Below, piece after piece: positions 39,193 to 48,621 of a stretch of 64,000 nt of DNA. The notes under the pieces were generated by a model, which worked only from the letters and a program-made list of their open reading frames with translations, was not told the DNA's origin and ran no database searches. Origin of the DNA: Gemmatimonadales bacterium. Its GTDB lineage: Bacteria > Gemmatimonadota > Gemmatimonadetes > Gemmatimonadales > GWC2-71-9. The DNA lies in NCBI GenBank assembly GCA_041577295.1, contig JBFGJG010000002.1, positions 1-64,000 on the forward strand. Reading direction: 5' to 3'. The position numbers were made by a program, and so were the translations under genes. Every line of letters starts with the position of its first letter. Position 1 is the stretch's first letter.

Positions 39193-40272
39193 GTGCACGT
39201 CGATCCGCAAGATCAGCGGACGCGAATCCGGCTGACGGCGCTGTCGCACGGCGCGGGTTGAGCCTGCAAGCTCGGCGCAGCTGAGCTGGCGCAGGTCCTG
39301 CGTCATTTGCCGGCGGTGAGCGATTCGCGCGTACTCGTGGCCGCTCTGACACGAGACGATGCCGCGGTCTATCGACTGTCGGACGATCGTGCGATCGTCG
39401 CCACCGTGGACTTTTTCACGCCCATCGTGGACGATGCGTACGCCTTTGGTGCGATTGCCGCCGCCAATGCGTTCAGCGATCTGTACGCGATGGGGGCCAC
39501 GCCGCTGTTGGCACTCAATATCGTCGGCTGGCCGCGAGAACCGGCGATGCTCGAGCTGCTCGGCGACACGATTCGGGGCGCCGTGGATGTCACCCGGGAG
39601 GCTGGCGCGTTCATCCTGGGAGGACATTCGATTGACGACCGTGAACCGAAGTTTGGACTGGTTGCGATCGGTGAGGTGCATCCGGATCGCGTGCGGACCA
39701 ACGCGGGAGCGCGCGCGGGCGACCGGCTCGTGCTCACAAAGCCGATCGGCACCGGCATCCTGAGTACGGCGCTCAAGCGCGACCTCCTACGCGAGACCGA
39801 TATGGAGCCGGCGGTCCGCGCGATGACCACGCTCAATGCAGGTGCGGCCCGCGCGGTCGCCGGGCTCGGTGATGCGGTGCATGCGGTTACCGACATCACG
39901 GGGTTTGGTTTGATCGGACACCTGCGCAACGTGTGTTTGGCGAGCGGGGTCTCCGCCCGCCTCGTGGCAACCGACGTCCCCGTCTTCCCACATGTGTGGC
40001 GACTGGTCGGCCAGCGCGCCGTCCCTGGCGGCACCGAACGAAATCTGGAAGCTGCCGGCGATTACACTGAGTGGAACGATGCTGTGGATGACACGACCCG
40101 GACTATCTTGTGCGACGCCCAAACTTCCGGCGGGCTCTTGATCGCGGTCGATCCTGCGGCAACTTCGACGCTAGTCCAGCGTTTGCAGGACGAATCGAGT
40201 CCGTCAACCGCGGTCATTGGCGAGGTTACGAAAGGATCCGGAGAGATCATCGTGGTTGGTGAGCGCAGTTAG
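39193..40272 (+). CDS. selD: Selenide, water dikinase (selenophosphate synthetase), selenocysteine-containing
   Basis: GAGGAGG RBS + GTG at 39193; RLTALSHGAG-TGA(39259-39261)-ACKL in frame with DDAAVY, TVDFFTP, DLYAMG, GGHS, DITGFGL, DAQTSGGLL. Confidence 0.95.
39263..39295 (+). promoter_or_regulatory. Candidate bacterial SECIS hairpin
   Basis: CCTGC/GCAGG outer stem and AGCTCGGC-GCA-GCTGAGCT inner stem directly 3' of the in-frame UGA. Confidence 0.65.
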
Positions 40273-40278
40273 GCCGAG

Positions 40279-40878
40279 ATGGCAGCGGTAGTGGTTGTTC
40301 ACGCCGACGAGAGTTGCCTTGGCAACGGACGAGACGGGAAGACACCGGGCGGGGCAGCGTCGTTGATCGAGACTCGCTCCAGGGGTCGGGTTGTGCAACG
40401 GGACGTGTTCATTTCAGCACCTGACACGACGAACAACCGAATGGCCCTGGCAGGGGCGATTGCGACCTTCGCACTCATCTCTCGTAAGCGCCAACAGCTC
40501 CGAGTGGCCTACGTGTCCGACTCCGAGTACCTGATCAAAGGAATGCGAGAATGGGTGCCGGCATGGCGCGCGCGCGGGTGGCGTCGCAAAGGGGGAGAAA
40601 TCTCAAATCTCGAGCTGTGGCAAGCGTTGACCAAGGTCAGCGCGCCGCACGATATCGAATGGATATGGGTACCAGGCCACGCCGGTCACCCAAAAAACGA
40701 ATACGCAAACGACCTGGCTATCCGCGCGGCGGCGGAACAGCTGATTTCCGACGGAGCCGTGTCGTCTGGTTTCGCAAACTGGCTCGAGCGGAAACAAGCA
40801 CGCGGTAAGTTCAAGAACTACGATCCCGAGCGGGCGCTAGCAGAAGTCGAGACTCGACTGGGGAGCAACGCGGGATGA
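40279..40878 (+). CDS. rnhA: Ribonuclease HI (atypical active site)
   Basis: DESCLGN, TTNNRM, SDSEY, W..RGW, N.ELW, WVPGHAGH..NE. Confidence 0.9.
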   Translation: MAAVVVVHADESCLGNGRDGKTPGGAASLIETRSRGRVVQRDVFISAPDTTNNRMALAGAIATFALISRKRQQLRVAYVSDSEYLIKGMREWVPAWRARGWRRKGGEISNLELWQALTKVSAPHDIEWIWVPGHAGHPKNEYANDLAIRAAAEQLISDGAVSSGFANWLERKQARGKFKNYDPERALAEVETRLGSNAG

Positions 40879-41375
40879 CGGCGTTCAAGGACGGTGTCTG
40901 CGCCAACACCCACGCGTTGAACCTGCAGCCGGATGGCACAGATCCGCAGTTAGAACGCATCCCGCTGTATGAGGTGTACATGCGCATGGCAGAAGAGTTG
41001 GCGAAACGGTCGACCTGTTCGCGATTGCGCGTGGGAACGGTCGTAACCGACGCCAACCTGGAGAACGTGGTCGCCATTGGGTACAACGGAAACGCGAAGG
41101 GCCTCCCCAATCGATGTGATTCGACTGTTCCGGGAAACTGTGGGTGCATTCATTCGGAGGTCAACGCGCTGGTCAAAGCCCCGGGACACCTTCGCGACAA
41201 AGTGGTGTTCGTGACAGACAGTCCTTGTCTCATGTGTGCAAAGCTGATGATCAACTCGGGCGTCACACACGTGTTCTACCGCCGCCAGTATCGAGATCCA
41301 ACGGGCATCGAGCAATTGGCAGAAGCCGGTGTCGTGCCGGTGCATTATGATCGGTGGGCAACGGCGTGGCGTTGA
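40875..41375 (+). CDS. dCMP deaminase family protein
   Basis: RSTC, GYNG, HSEVNA, PCLMC. Confidence 0.9.
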   Translation: MTAFKDGVCANTHALNLQPDGTDPQLERIPLYEVYMRMAEELAKRSTCSRLRVGTVVTDANLENVVAIGYNGNAKGLPNRCDSTVPGNCGCIHSEVNALVKAPGHLRDKVVFVTDSPCLMCAKLMINSGVTHVFYRRQYRDPTGIEQLAEAGVVPVHYDRWATAWR

Positions 41376-41385
41376 GGATCGGACC

Positions 41386-42138
41386 GTGGATGACGTGACA
41401 CGCCTGTTCCGCCAGCTGGTAGAGGTACTCGCTAACCGGGCACCCGGTCGCCTGCACTCGCCGTTCACGATCGCCGAACTTTACGAGGAGTTGGTCCCGT
41501 ACAGGCGCTACCGCCGCGACTTGCGCTTCGAATCCATCGAAGATTACGAGATGGCCATGCTCAGATTCCTGGCGGGGGACGAAGGATATGCCGCGGTGGA
41601 GCCGGCTGAGGTGCGTGCGTCGTTGAATCGCGAGGTCGGCGCCATCAATCCGACTCCCGGCATCTTCCGCGGGTTTGGGAACGCAACCGTGTCGTTGAAC
41701 TCGAGCGCCGTCATGACGGTGCTCAACGCGCGGCGAGCGTACGAACCACCGCCCGAGCCGCAACCGCCCGCTCAGGTGGAGCGGGCCGCGGAACCCGCCG
41801 ATCCGAGTCCCGTCCCGACGGCACAGGAACCCACAACGCCGATCGCTGCGGAGCCGCCGGAAGCCGTCGCACCCGAGGAGGTGCGCGAGTCGGAACCGCC
41901 GCTGCCGAAGACCCCGCACGCCGACGAACATCCGGCGGCCCCCCTGGAGGAACTCGTGCCACCCATCCCCCTGCCAACGTGCTTCCGCTGCAGCGGCAAG
42001 CTCCCCGTCGGACTGCCCGTGCGATTCTGCCCGTCATGCGGCACGAGGCAACCGAACATCGCATGCATGCGGTGCGGTGCGTTGTTGGGAGAAGACTGGC
42101 AACACTGCGTTGCTTGTGGCGAGACCACAAACCACTAG
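41386..42138 (+). CDS. Hypothetical protein with Pro-rich linker and C-terminal double zinc ribbon
   Basis: Four CxxC motifs (CFRC, CPSC, CMRC, CVAC). Confidence 0.75.
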   Translation: MDDVTRLFRQLVEVLANRAPGRLHSPFTIAELYEELVPYRRYRRDLRFESIEDYEMAMLRFLAGDEGYAAVEPAEVRASLNREVGAINPTPGIFRGFGNATVSLNSSAVMTVLNARRAYEPPPEPQPPAQVERAAEPADPSPVPTAQEPTTPIAAEPPEAVAPEEVRESEPPLPKTPHADEHPAAPLEELVPPIPLPTCFRCSGKLPVGLPVRFCPSCGTRQPNIACMRCGALLGEDWQHCVACGETTNH

Positions 42139-42163
42139 CCGCTCCACTCATTCCGAGGTTCCC

Positions 42164-43222
42164 GTGGCCGTCATCGCCGGCGACGGGATCGGTCCGGACG
42201 TCGTCGACGCCGCAATCCCGGCTATCGAAATCGCCGCGAGCGCCGACGGTGCACGCATCGAGTGGCACCGCTTTCCGTATGGGGCCGACCACTACCTCGC
42301 CACTGGTGTCACGCTACCAGATAGCGCGGTGGACGGTTTTCGCTCGGACTTTGCGGCGATCCTGGTCGGGGCGCTCGGTGATCCACGGATACCGGCAAAC
42401 GAGCACGCGCGGGATATCCTCCTGGGTCTGCGCTGTGAGTTGGACCTGTACATCAACTTCCGGCCATGCCGTCTGCTGCACCCATCTCTCTCACCACTCA
42501 AGGGCTCCCCGGATCGCCCGGTCGACCTCGCGATCTTCCGTGAGAACACCGAGGGGATCTACTTGGGAAGGGGTTCCGTACGGTTCGAGGGAACGGATCG
42601 CGAGGAGCATGTTGCCGAGGATGTGCACACCGTTTCCAAGGTCCGACGCATAATCCTCGCGGCGTTGGGGTGGGCTCGAGCCAACGGTCGGCGTCGGGTC
42701 ACGGTCTGTGACAAGTCCAACGCCGTCCCCGCTCACGTCGTCTGGCAACGCGTCTTCACCCACGTGGGGGACGACTATCCGGACATCGAACGTGAACACC
42801 GCTATGTCGATGCGCTCGCCATGGAGCTCATCCGCGAGCCCGAGCGCTTCGACGTGATCGTCACCAACAACCTCTTTGGCGATATCCTCTCGGACATCGG
42901 GGCACAGCTCGTAGGAGGTCTCGGGATGGCGCCGAGCGCCAACCTGCACCCCGGACGCGTCGGGTTGTTCGAGCCCGTACACGGCTCGGCACCCACGTTG
43001 GCGGGCAAGGGCATCGCGAACCCCATGGCCACTGTCCTCACCGGGGCCCTCATGCTGCGAACGCTCGGACTCCCGTTGGGGGCGGGGTTGCTGGAAGAGG
43101 CGGTTCGCGCGGCTCTCGAGGACGGGGTGCGGACCCCGGACATCGGGGGAGACCTCAGCACCGCTCAGGTCGGCGACTGGATTGCGCACTGGATCGACGC
43201 CCGATCCGGCGCGCACGGTTGA
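42164..43222 (+). CDS. Isocitrate/isopropylmalate/tartrate dehydrogenase family
   Basis: GDGIGP, RENTEG.Y, DKSN, NLFGDILSD, EPVHGSAP; start uncertain. Confidence 0.92.
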   Translation: MAVIAGDGIGPDVVDAAIPAIEIAASADGARIEWHRFPYGADHYLATGVTLPDSAVDGFRSDFAAILVGALGDPRIPANEHARDILLGLRCELDLYINFRPCRLLHPSLSPLKGSPDRPVDLAIFRENTEGIYLGRGSVRFEGTDREEHVAEDVHTVSKVRRIILAALGWARANGRRRVTVCDKSNAVPAHVVWQRVFTHVGDDYPDIEREHRYVDALAMELIREPERFDVIVTNNLFGDILSDIGAQLVGGLGMAPSANLHPGRVGLFEPVHGSAPTLAGKGIANPMATVLTGALMLRTLGLPLGAGLLEEAVRAALEDGVRTPDIGGDLSTAQVGDWIAHWIDARSGAHG

Positions 43223-43315
43223 AGCCAGGGCGGTTCGCGACGGGAGTGGAGCGTGGGCTTGCGGGTTATATTTTAAGGCTCTAGCCGGTCAGCGACCCGA
43301 CCCGGAGTGCTCCCC

Positions 43316-44530
43316 ATGAAGACTCAAGGCCAACGCAAGGACATCGTCTTTCTGTCCGGGGTCCGGACGGGGTTTGGCAAATTTGGCGGAACCCTCAAAG
43401 ACCACTCCGCCACCCGTCTTGCGGTGATTGCGGCGCGGCAGGCACTGGAGCGTTCTCGTGTGGATCCTTCCCACGTGGGTCACGTCGTGTTTGGCAACGC
43501 GCAGCAAACGTCAGCCGACGCCATCTATCTCGCTCGGCACGTCGGCCTGCAAAGCGGTCTCGAGATCGACACGCCCGCAGTGACGGTCAATCGCTTATGC
43601 GGTTCGGGCTTCGAGGCAATTACTCAGGCAGCGCAGCTGATCCTGCTGGACGAGGCCAGTGTCGTGCTCGCCGGTGGCACCGAGTCGATGAGTCAGGCAC
43701 CTCATGTGGTTCGCGGCGCCCGTTGGGGCATCCGGTTCGGCCCCGCGCCACCGTTCGAGGACTCGCTGTGGGAAGCCCTTCGTGACCCACAATGCGGTTT
43801 TTCGATGGCCGAGACCGCCGAGAACCTGGCGGAAAAGTACGAGCTCACACGAGAGGAAGTGGACACGTACGCTCTCCAGAGCCAGCAGCGCGCGAAGAAG
43901 GCGTGGGACGACTGCGTATTCGAAGATGAGGTAATCCCCGTTCCTATTAAGGACCGCAAGACCAAGCAGATGGTGGACTGGCGCGCGGACGAGCATATGC
44001 GCCCCGACACGACCCTCGCGGCTTTGAGCGCCTTGCCGCCGTACTTCAAGAAGGATGGTCTGGTGACGGCGGGAAACGCATCCGGCATATGCGATGGGGC
44101 CGCGGCAACCGTGCTCGCCGGTGAGGATTTTGCGGCAGAGCACGGACTCGAGCCATTGGGACGCCTCGTCGCCTGGGCGGTGGCGGGGGTCGATCCGAAG
44201 ATCATGGGCATCGGCCCGGCTCCGGCGGCGCGTAAAGCACTCGCCAGGGCTGGTCTCTCACTGAAGGATATGGAGCTCGTCGAGGTCAACGAGGCATTCG
44301 CACCTCAATACGTGGCGGTGGAGAAGGAGCTCGGGTTGGATCGATCCCGCACTAATGTCCACGGAGGGGCGATCGCCATCGGGCATCCACTCGCCGCAAG
44401 TGGGGCACGAATCACCATCCACTTGCTGCACGCCCTCCGGCGTACCAACAAGCGCTTCGGCCTCGGTTCTGCGTGCATCGGCGGCGGGCAGGGGGCAGCC
44501 GTGATCGTCGAGGCATTCCCCGGAAATTGA
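43316..44530 (+). CDS. Acetyl-CoA C-acyltransferase (thiolase)
   Basis: NRLCGSG, NEAF, GHPLAASG, CIGGGQG. Confidence 0.96.
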   Translation: MKTQGQRKDIVFLSGVRTGFGKFGGTLKDHSATRLAVIAARQALERSRVDPSHVGHVVFGNAQQTSADAIYLARHVGLQSGLEIDTPAVTVNRLCGSGFEAITQAAQLILLDEASVVLAGGTESMSQAPHVVRGARWGIRFGPAPPFEDSLWEALRDPQCGFSMAETAENLAEKYELTREEVDTYALQSQQRAKKAWDDCVFEDEVIPVPIKDRKTKQMVDWRADEHMRPDTTLAALSALPPYFKKDGLVTAGNASGICDGAAATVLAGEDFAAEHGLEPLGRLVAWAVAGVDPKIMGIGPAPAARKALARAGLSLKDMELVEVNEAFAPQYVAVEKELGLDRSRTNVHGGAIAIGHPLAASGARITIHLLHALRRTNKRFGLGSACIGGGQGAAVIVEAFPGN

Positions 44531-44548
44531 CGCCCGCGAGTCGATGAA

Positions 44549-45373
44549 ATGAGCGACCTCGTTCCGACTGGCCGTATCGATCGCGCCGCGCTCGAACGCA
44601 TCGTCAAGCGGGCCGCAGAGCTCCAAGCCCAGGAGCGCGAGATCGGTGAGGGCCTCACTGAAGAGCAGGTCTTGGATCTGGGTCGCGAAGTCGGTATCCC
44701 CGCCACGTACCTTCAGCGTGCATTGCTCGAAGAACGGGCTCGAACTGTGGCGCCAACCAGTGGCGGTGTCCGGGTGTGGTTGGCGGGACCGCGTTTCGTG
44801 GCTGCTGCCCGATCCGTCGCCGGCACCCCGTCGAAGATTCAAGACGCTTTGCATCAGTGGATGACCCAAGGCGAGCTGCTTCAGCTCAAGCGCCGATGGC
44901 CCGACGGCACCTCATGGGAGCGCCAGGAGGGCGCGTTCGCCTCGATCAAGCGGTCGCTGAGTCTTGGCGGCCGGCGGTACGTGCTCGCCCGGGCACGTGA
45001 GGTACAGAGTCGCGTGGTCGCGATGGACGCTACCAAGTGCTACGTTCAGCTCGTCGCCGATATGTCCAACAGCTTCAACGAGTATCTCACCGGTAGCGGC
45101 TTCATTGCCGGGGGTGGGGCCGTGGCGACCGGAGTGGCCTTGTTGGTCGGTGTCCTTCCACCCTTCGCCATTGCCCCTGCGATCGCGGCGGTGCCCGTTG
45201 CCATTGCCGTCGCGCGATCGCGCCGCTCCGAGGTCGAGCGGTGCCAGGTTGCCCTCGAGCAAGTGCTCGATCGCCTCGAGCACGATGAGATCGACGTTCG
45301 CAAAAAGTCCGGGCAGGGCGCTGCCGGATTCGTTCGCCTGGCGGACGAAATCAAGAAGTCTCTCGGAGCATGA
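44549..45373 (+). CDS. Hypothetical membrane protein
   Basis: Long ORF in operon context; hydrophobic hairpin near the C-terminus. Confidence 0.75.
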   Translation: MSDLVPTGRIDRAALERIVKRAAELQAQEREIGEGLTEEQVLDLGREVGIPATYLQRALLEERARTVAPTSGGVRVWLAGPRFVAAARSVAGTPSKIQDALHQWMTQGELLQLKRRWPDGTSWERQEGAFASIKRSLSLGGRRYVLARAREVQSRVVAMDATKCYVQLVADMSNSFNEYLTGSGFIAGGGAVATGVALLVGVLPPFAIAPAIAAVPVAIAVARSRRSEVERCQVALEQVLDRLEHDEIDVRKKSGQGAAGFVRLADEIKKSLGA

Positions 45374-45408
45374 CCTACTCTCTGTTCCCCGTTATCGCGA
45401 GCCCATGA
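45370..45408 (+). other. Putative 12-codon translational-coupling mini-ORF (MTYSLFPVIASP)
   Basis: ATG overlaps the upstream stop (ATGA 45370-45373); its TGA overlaps the downstream ATG (ATGA 45405-45408). Confidence 0.4.
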
Positions 45409-46292
45409 GCGACATCAAGACGGTTGGGGTCCTTGGATGTGGTTTGATGGGGAGTGGTATTGCCCAGGTCGCCGCACAGGCAGGCTATCGCACACTGGTT
45501 CGCGAGATCTCAGACGACCTGAACGCCAAGGGGCGAGCTCGAATCGAAACGTCGCTCGGAAGGCTCGTGGAAAAGGGCAAGCTGGTCCCCGATGATCGCG
45601 ACACGGCGCTGGGGCGGCTCACATTCGTCACCGAGGTTCGGGCATTGCGCGACTGTGACATCGTGATCGAAGCGGTGACGGAGAATCTCGATATCAAGAA
45701 CGCCTTGTGGACCGAGCTCGACGACCTCACGTCTACTCAAACCATCTTTGCCTCGAACACTTCCAGTCTCACCATCGCGGCGATGGCAGCAGCCACGAAG
45801 CGACCGGATCGGTTTGTCGGTCTCCACTTTTTCAACCCAGTTCCACTGATGAGGCTCGTCGAGGTGGTGAGAACCGTGACCACCAGCCCGGAGACGTTCG
45901 ACCGCGCCACCGCCTTTGCCCAATCATTGGGTAAGGAGACCGTTTCCGCCAAGGACAACTCCGGTTTCATCGTGAACACCTTGCTCGTGCCCTACCTGCT
46001 CGACGCTATTCGTGCCCTCGAGCATGGGGTAGGATCTGTGGAAGACATCGACAAGGCGATGGTGCTCGGGACCGGCCACCCGATGGGACCGTTCACTCTG
46101 CTCGACTTCGTAGGCCTCGACACTACATATCGGATTGCCGAGATCATGTTCGACGAGTATCGGGAGACCCGGTACGCACCGCCACCGATCCTGAAGCGGA
46201 TGGTGCTCGCGGGCATGCACGGAAAGAAGTCCGGCAAGGGTTTTTACGACTATTCCACTTCACCACCGTCCGTCTCGAATTTGGGGCTGTGA
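45405..46292 (+). CDS. hbd: 3-hydroxybutyryl-CoA / 3-hydroxyacyl-CoA dehydrogenase
   Basis: GCGLMGSGIA, EAVTE, SNTSSL, HFFNP, GHPMGP, GKKSGKGFY. Confidence 0.93.
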   Translation: MSDIKTVGVLGCGLMGSGIAQVAAQAGYRTLVREISDDLNAKGRARIETSLGRLVEKGKLVPDDRDTALGRLTFVTEVRALRDCDIVIEAVTENLDIKNALWTELDDLTSTQTIFASNTSSLTIAAMAAATKRPDRFVGLHFFNPVPLMRLVEVVRTVTTSPETFDRATAFAQSLGKETVSAKDNSGFIVNTLLVPYLLDAIRALEHGVGSVEDIDKAMVLGTGHPMGPFTLLDFVGLDTTYRIAEIMFDEYRETRYAPPPILKRMVLAGMHGKKSGKGFYDYSTSPPSVSNLGL

Positions 46293-46897
46293 CCATGTGG
46301 CAAACTCCCGCTGAGCTCCACTCCGCGTTGAACGATCTGCCCGTCATTCTGCTGATCGCCTCGGTGGTGTTCGACCTCGCTGGGAGCGCTACGAAACGTG
46401 AGTCATTGAAGGCTGCCGGGTTCTGGACGATGACCGGTGCGGCTGGCGGCGCGCTGCTGGCCCTCATCTCCGGGCTCCGCGCAGAAGACTCCATCGAACA
46501 TGGGGGGTCGGTGCACCTCGTGATGGAACGACACGAAACCCTCGCGATCGCTGCGACTGTGCTCATCGTGGCGCTCGCCGCATGGCGTATATGGCGTCGC
46601 GGACAGCTTCGTGCCTCGGAGCGGCCGGTCTACCTATCAATCAGCGCCGTCGGGGCCCTCGCCATCATCTGGGTCGCGCATATCGGAGGAACCATTGTGT
46701 ACCGCTACGGTGGTGGAATCCCAACACCGGTCATGGAAGCGGCTCTCGAAGAGCGAACGGTGGGCCACAGCCACGGTCCCGGTGAGGAGCACGAACACGG
46801 TGAGGCGAGCACCCCGAGGGACTCTGCGGCTGATACGACCGCACAAGGTGAAGGCCATTCACACCCGCCTGGGACGCCCGAGCACGAGCACGAGTAG
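46289..46897 (+). CDS. DUF2231-like membrane protein with His-rich tail
   Basis: Four TMs; H.GG.IVY.YG; HSHGPGEEHEH and HSHPPGTPEHEHE. Confidence 0.72.
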   Translation: MTMWQTPAELHSALNDLPVILLIASVVFDLAGSATKRESLKAAGFWTMTGAAGGALLALISGLRAEDSIEHGGSVHLVMERHETLAIAATVLIVALAAWRIWRRGQLRASERPVYLSISAVGALAIIWVAHIGGTIVYRYGGGIPTPVMEAALEERTVGHSHGPGEEHEHGEASTPRDSAADTTAQGEGHSHPPGTPEHEHE

Positions 46898-47372
46898 CGG
46901 GGCAGGTTACGCCGTTCTGCAGCTCGCCGCCGGCCTCGTCGTGCTCGCCGCCTGCGGGTCCGTCAACGTCCGTCCGTACCTCACGCCGTTGCCGACCGCA
47001 CTTTTGGACACGCTGCGGGCGCCGCCCGACGCGTTGATCACGGAGGCCGAACGAGTCCTCACCATGGAGGGCCTACGGGTCCGCGCCGCCAGCGCGCAGG
47101 AGGGATACCTCGAAACGCATTGGTACGATCCCGCGACGCAACGCACGGTGGGTTCCACGGCTTTCCCAGTCCAACGGGCGGTCAAACTGCGCCTTTGGGC
47201 GGATTCGGTTGGCCTCGGACGCACGCAATTGACGAGCGAGGCGGTGATTCGCCGCTCCGCGGATCCGTCGCTCCCGTCTCGCGAAGCTGAAATGGTCGTT
47301 CCGCCGGACCACCCAGGTTACGAGCTCCTCGTCCGAGTCCGTGACAGCTTGCGGGGCAGGTTTGGCGGATGA
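46890..47372 (+). CDS. Hypothetical lipoprotein (start unresolved)
   Basis: LAAC lipobox; GYLETHWYD; its stop overlaps the next ATG; no canonical start near the upstream stop. Confidence 0.6.
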   Translation, partial: TSSGAGYAVLQLAAGLVVLAACGSVNVRPYLTPLPTALLDTLRAPPDALITEAERVLTMEGLRVRAASAQEGYLETHWYDPATQRTVGSTAFPVQRAVKLRLWADSVGLGRTQLTSEAVIRRSADPSLPSREAEMVVPPDHPGYELLVRVRDSLRGRFGG

Positions 47373-48607
47373 GCGAACAGGCGCGTCGGCATCACAACGG
47401 TGGCTCGAGCACCCGTGGACGCCTATGGGACGCGGTGGTCGTGGGTGGGGGGCCCGCCGGTTCCACCGCTGCGTTTTACCTCACCGCGCACGGGCACGAC
47501 GTCTTGATCCTCGACAAGTACGATTTTCCTCGGCCAAAGGTCTGCGGCGATGCACTCATTCCCGACGCGCTTGCGAGTCTCAAACGATCGGGATTGTACG
47601 ATGCGGTTCGCGCGCATGCCTATCACGCGTCGACCGTCAGCGTGTACAGTCCGTCCCGGATTCAGGTTGATCTCCCGGGTGAGTTCCTCACGATCAAACG
47701 GGAAGTGTTCGACAGCATCCTCCTCGATGCTGCGGTGGCACGAGGAGCTGAATTCCGGCGAGGAGAAGTGGTCGACGTCGAGCGGGGACCTGAGGAGGTG
47801 CGGCTCGTCACACGTGACGAAACCATCACGGCACGCTATGGGATCCTCGCGACCGGAGCGGACGTTTCGTTACTCAAAAGCACCGAGATGCTCCGGCGTC
47901 GACGGCCCAGTGGTATTGCGGCGCGGTTCTACGTCAGGTCGACGGTACAAATCGATGAGCTCGTCGTGTCGCTCGATCGCGCTGTACTTCCTGGATACGC
48001 ATGGATCTTCCCTCTGCCAGACGGGCTGTACAATGTGGGCGCGGGCGGCTTCTACCACGGTCGCAAAAACCGGGGTCTGCGTCTGCGAAAGGTCGTCGAC
48101 GCGTTCCTCGAGAGCTTTCCCGCGGCACAGGCGTTGATGGACGCCGCGACCGATGTCACGCCGCTGCAAGGAGCGATGCTCAGGTGTGGTCTGGAGGGGG
48201 CTGCCGTTGTGGACGGCGGGCGGGTCGTGGCGGTTGGAGAAACGATCGGGACGACATTTCCATTCACCGGGGAAGGTATCGGCAAAGCCATGGAGTCGGC
48301 AGAGCTCGCGGCGCTCCGCGTACACGAGGCACTCACCACCGATAACCCGGCACCGCTCGATCAGCTACCGACCATGCTCGAGCGGGATCTCCGGCATCGC
48401 TACCTCGGCTACCAGGTGGCCGAGTCGTGGGCATCGCACGCGTGGTTGACCGATATGCTGGCGCGAAGAATCCAAGCGAGTCCCCGACTCACTCGCGCGG
48501 CGGCCGGGGTGTTGAACGAACATGTCGATCCTCGCGTCGTCTTCCGGTGGCGCAACCTGCTGCCGCGCTGGGCTCGGGGACAGTTGCGACACAGCGAAAA
48601 CCCTTGA
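47369..48607 (+). CDS. Geranylgeranyl reductase family flavoprotein
   Basis: VGGGPAG, FPRPKVCGD, ATGA, PGYAWIFP, PFTGEGI. Confidence 0.9.
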   Translation: MSEQARRHHNGGSSTRGRLWDAVVVGGGPAGSTAAFYLTAHGHDVLILDKYDFPRPKVCGDALIPDALASLKRSGLYDAVRAHAYHASTVSVYSPSRIQVDLPGEFLTIKREVFDSILLDAAVARGAEFRRGEVVDVERGPEEVRLVTRDETITARYGILATGADVSLLKSTEMLRRRRPSGIAARFYVRSTVQIDELVVSLDRAVLPGYAWIFPLPDGLYNVGAGGFYHGRKNRGLRLRKVVDAFLESFPAAQALMDAATDVTPLQGAMLRCGLEGAAVVDGGRVVAVGETIGTTFPFTGEGIGKAMESAELAALRVHEALTTDNPAPLDQLPTMLERDLRHRYLGYQVAESWASHAWLTDMLARRIQASPRLTRAAAGVLNEHVDPRVVFRWRNLLPRWARGQLRHSENP

Positions 48608-48621
48608 AGGTTTAGCCCGAC

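Noticed and set aside
39259..39261. selD as a nonsense pseudogene
   Set aside because: The stop is UGA exactly at the Cys/Sec catalytic site, followed by a hairpin, and the rest of the gene is intact
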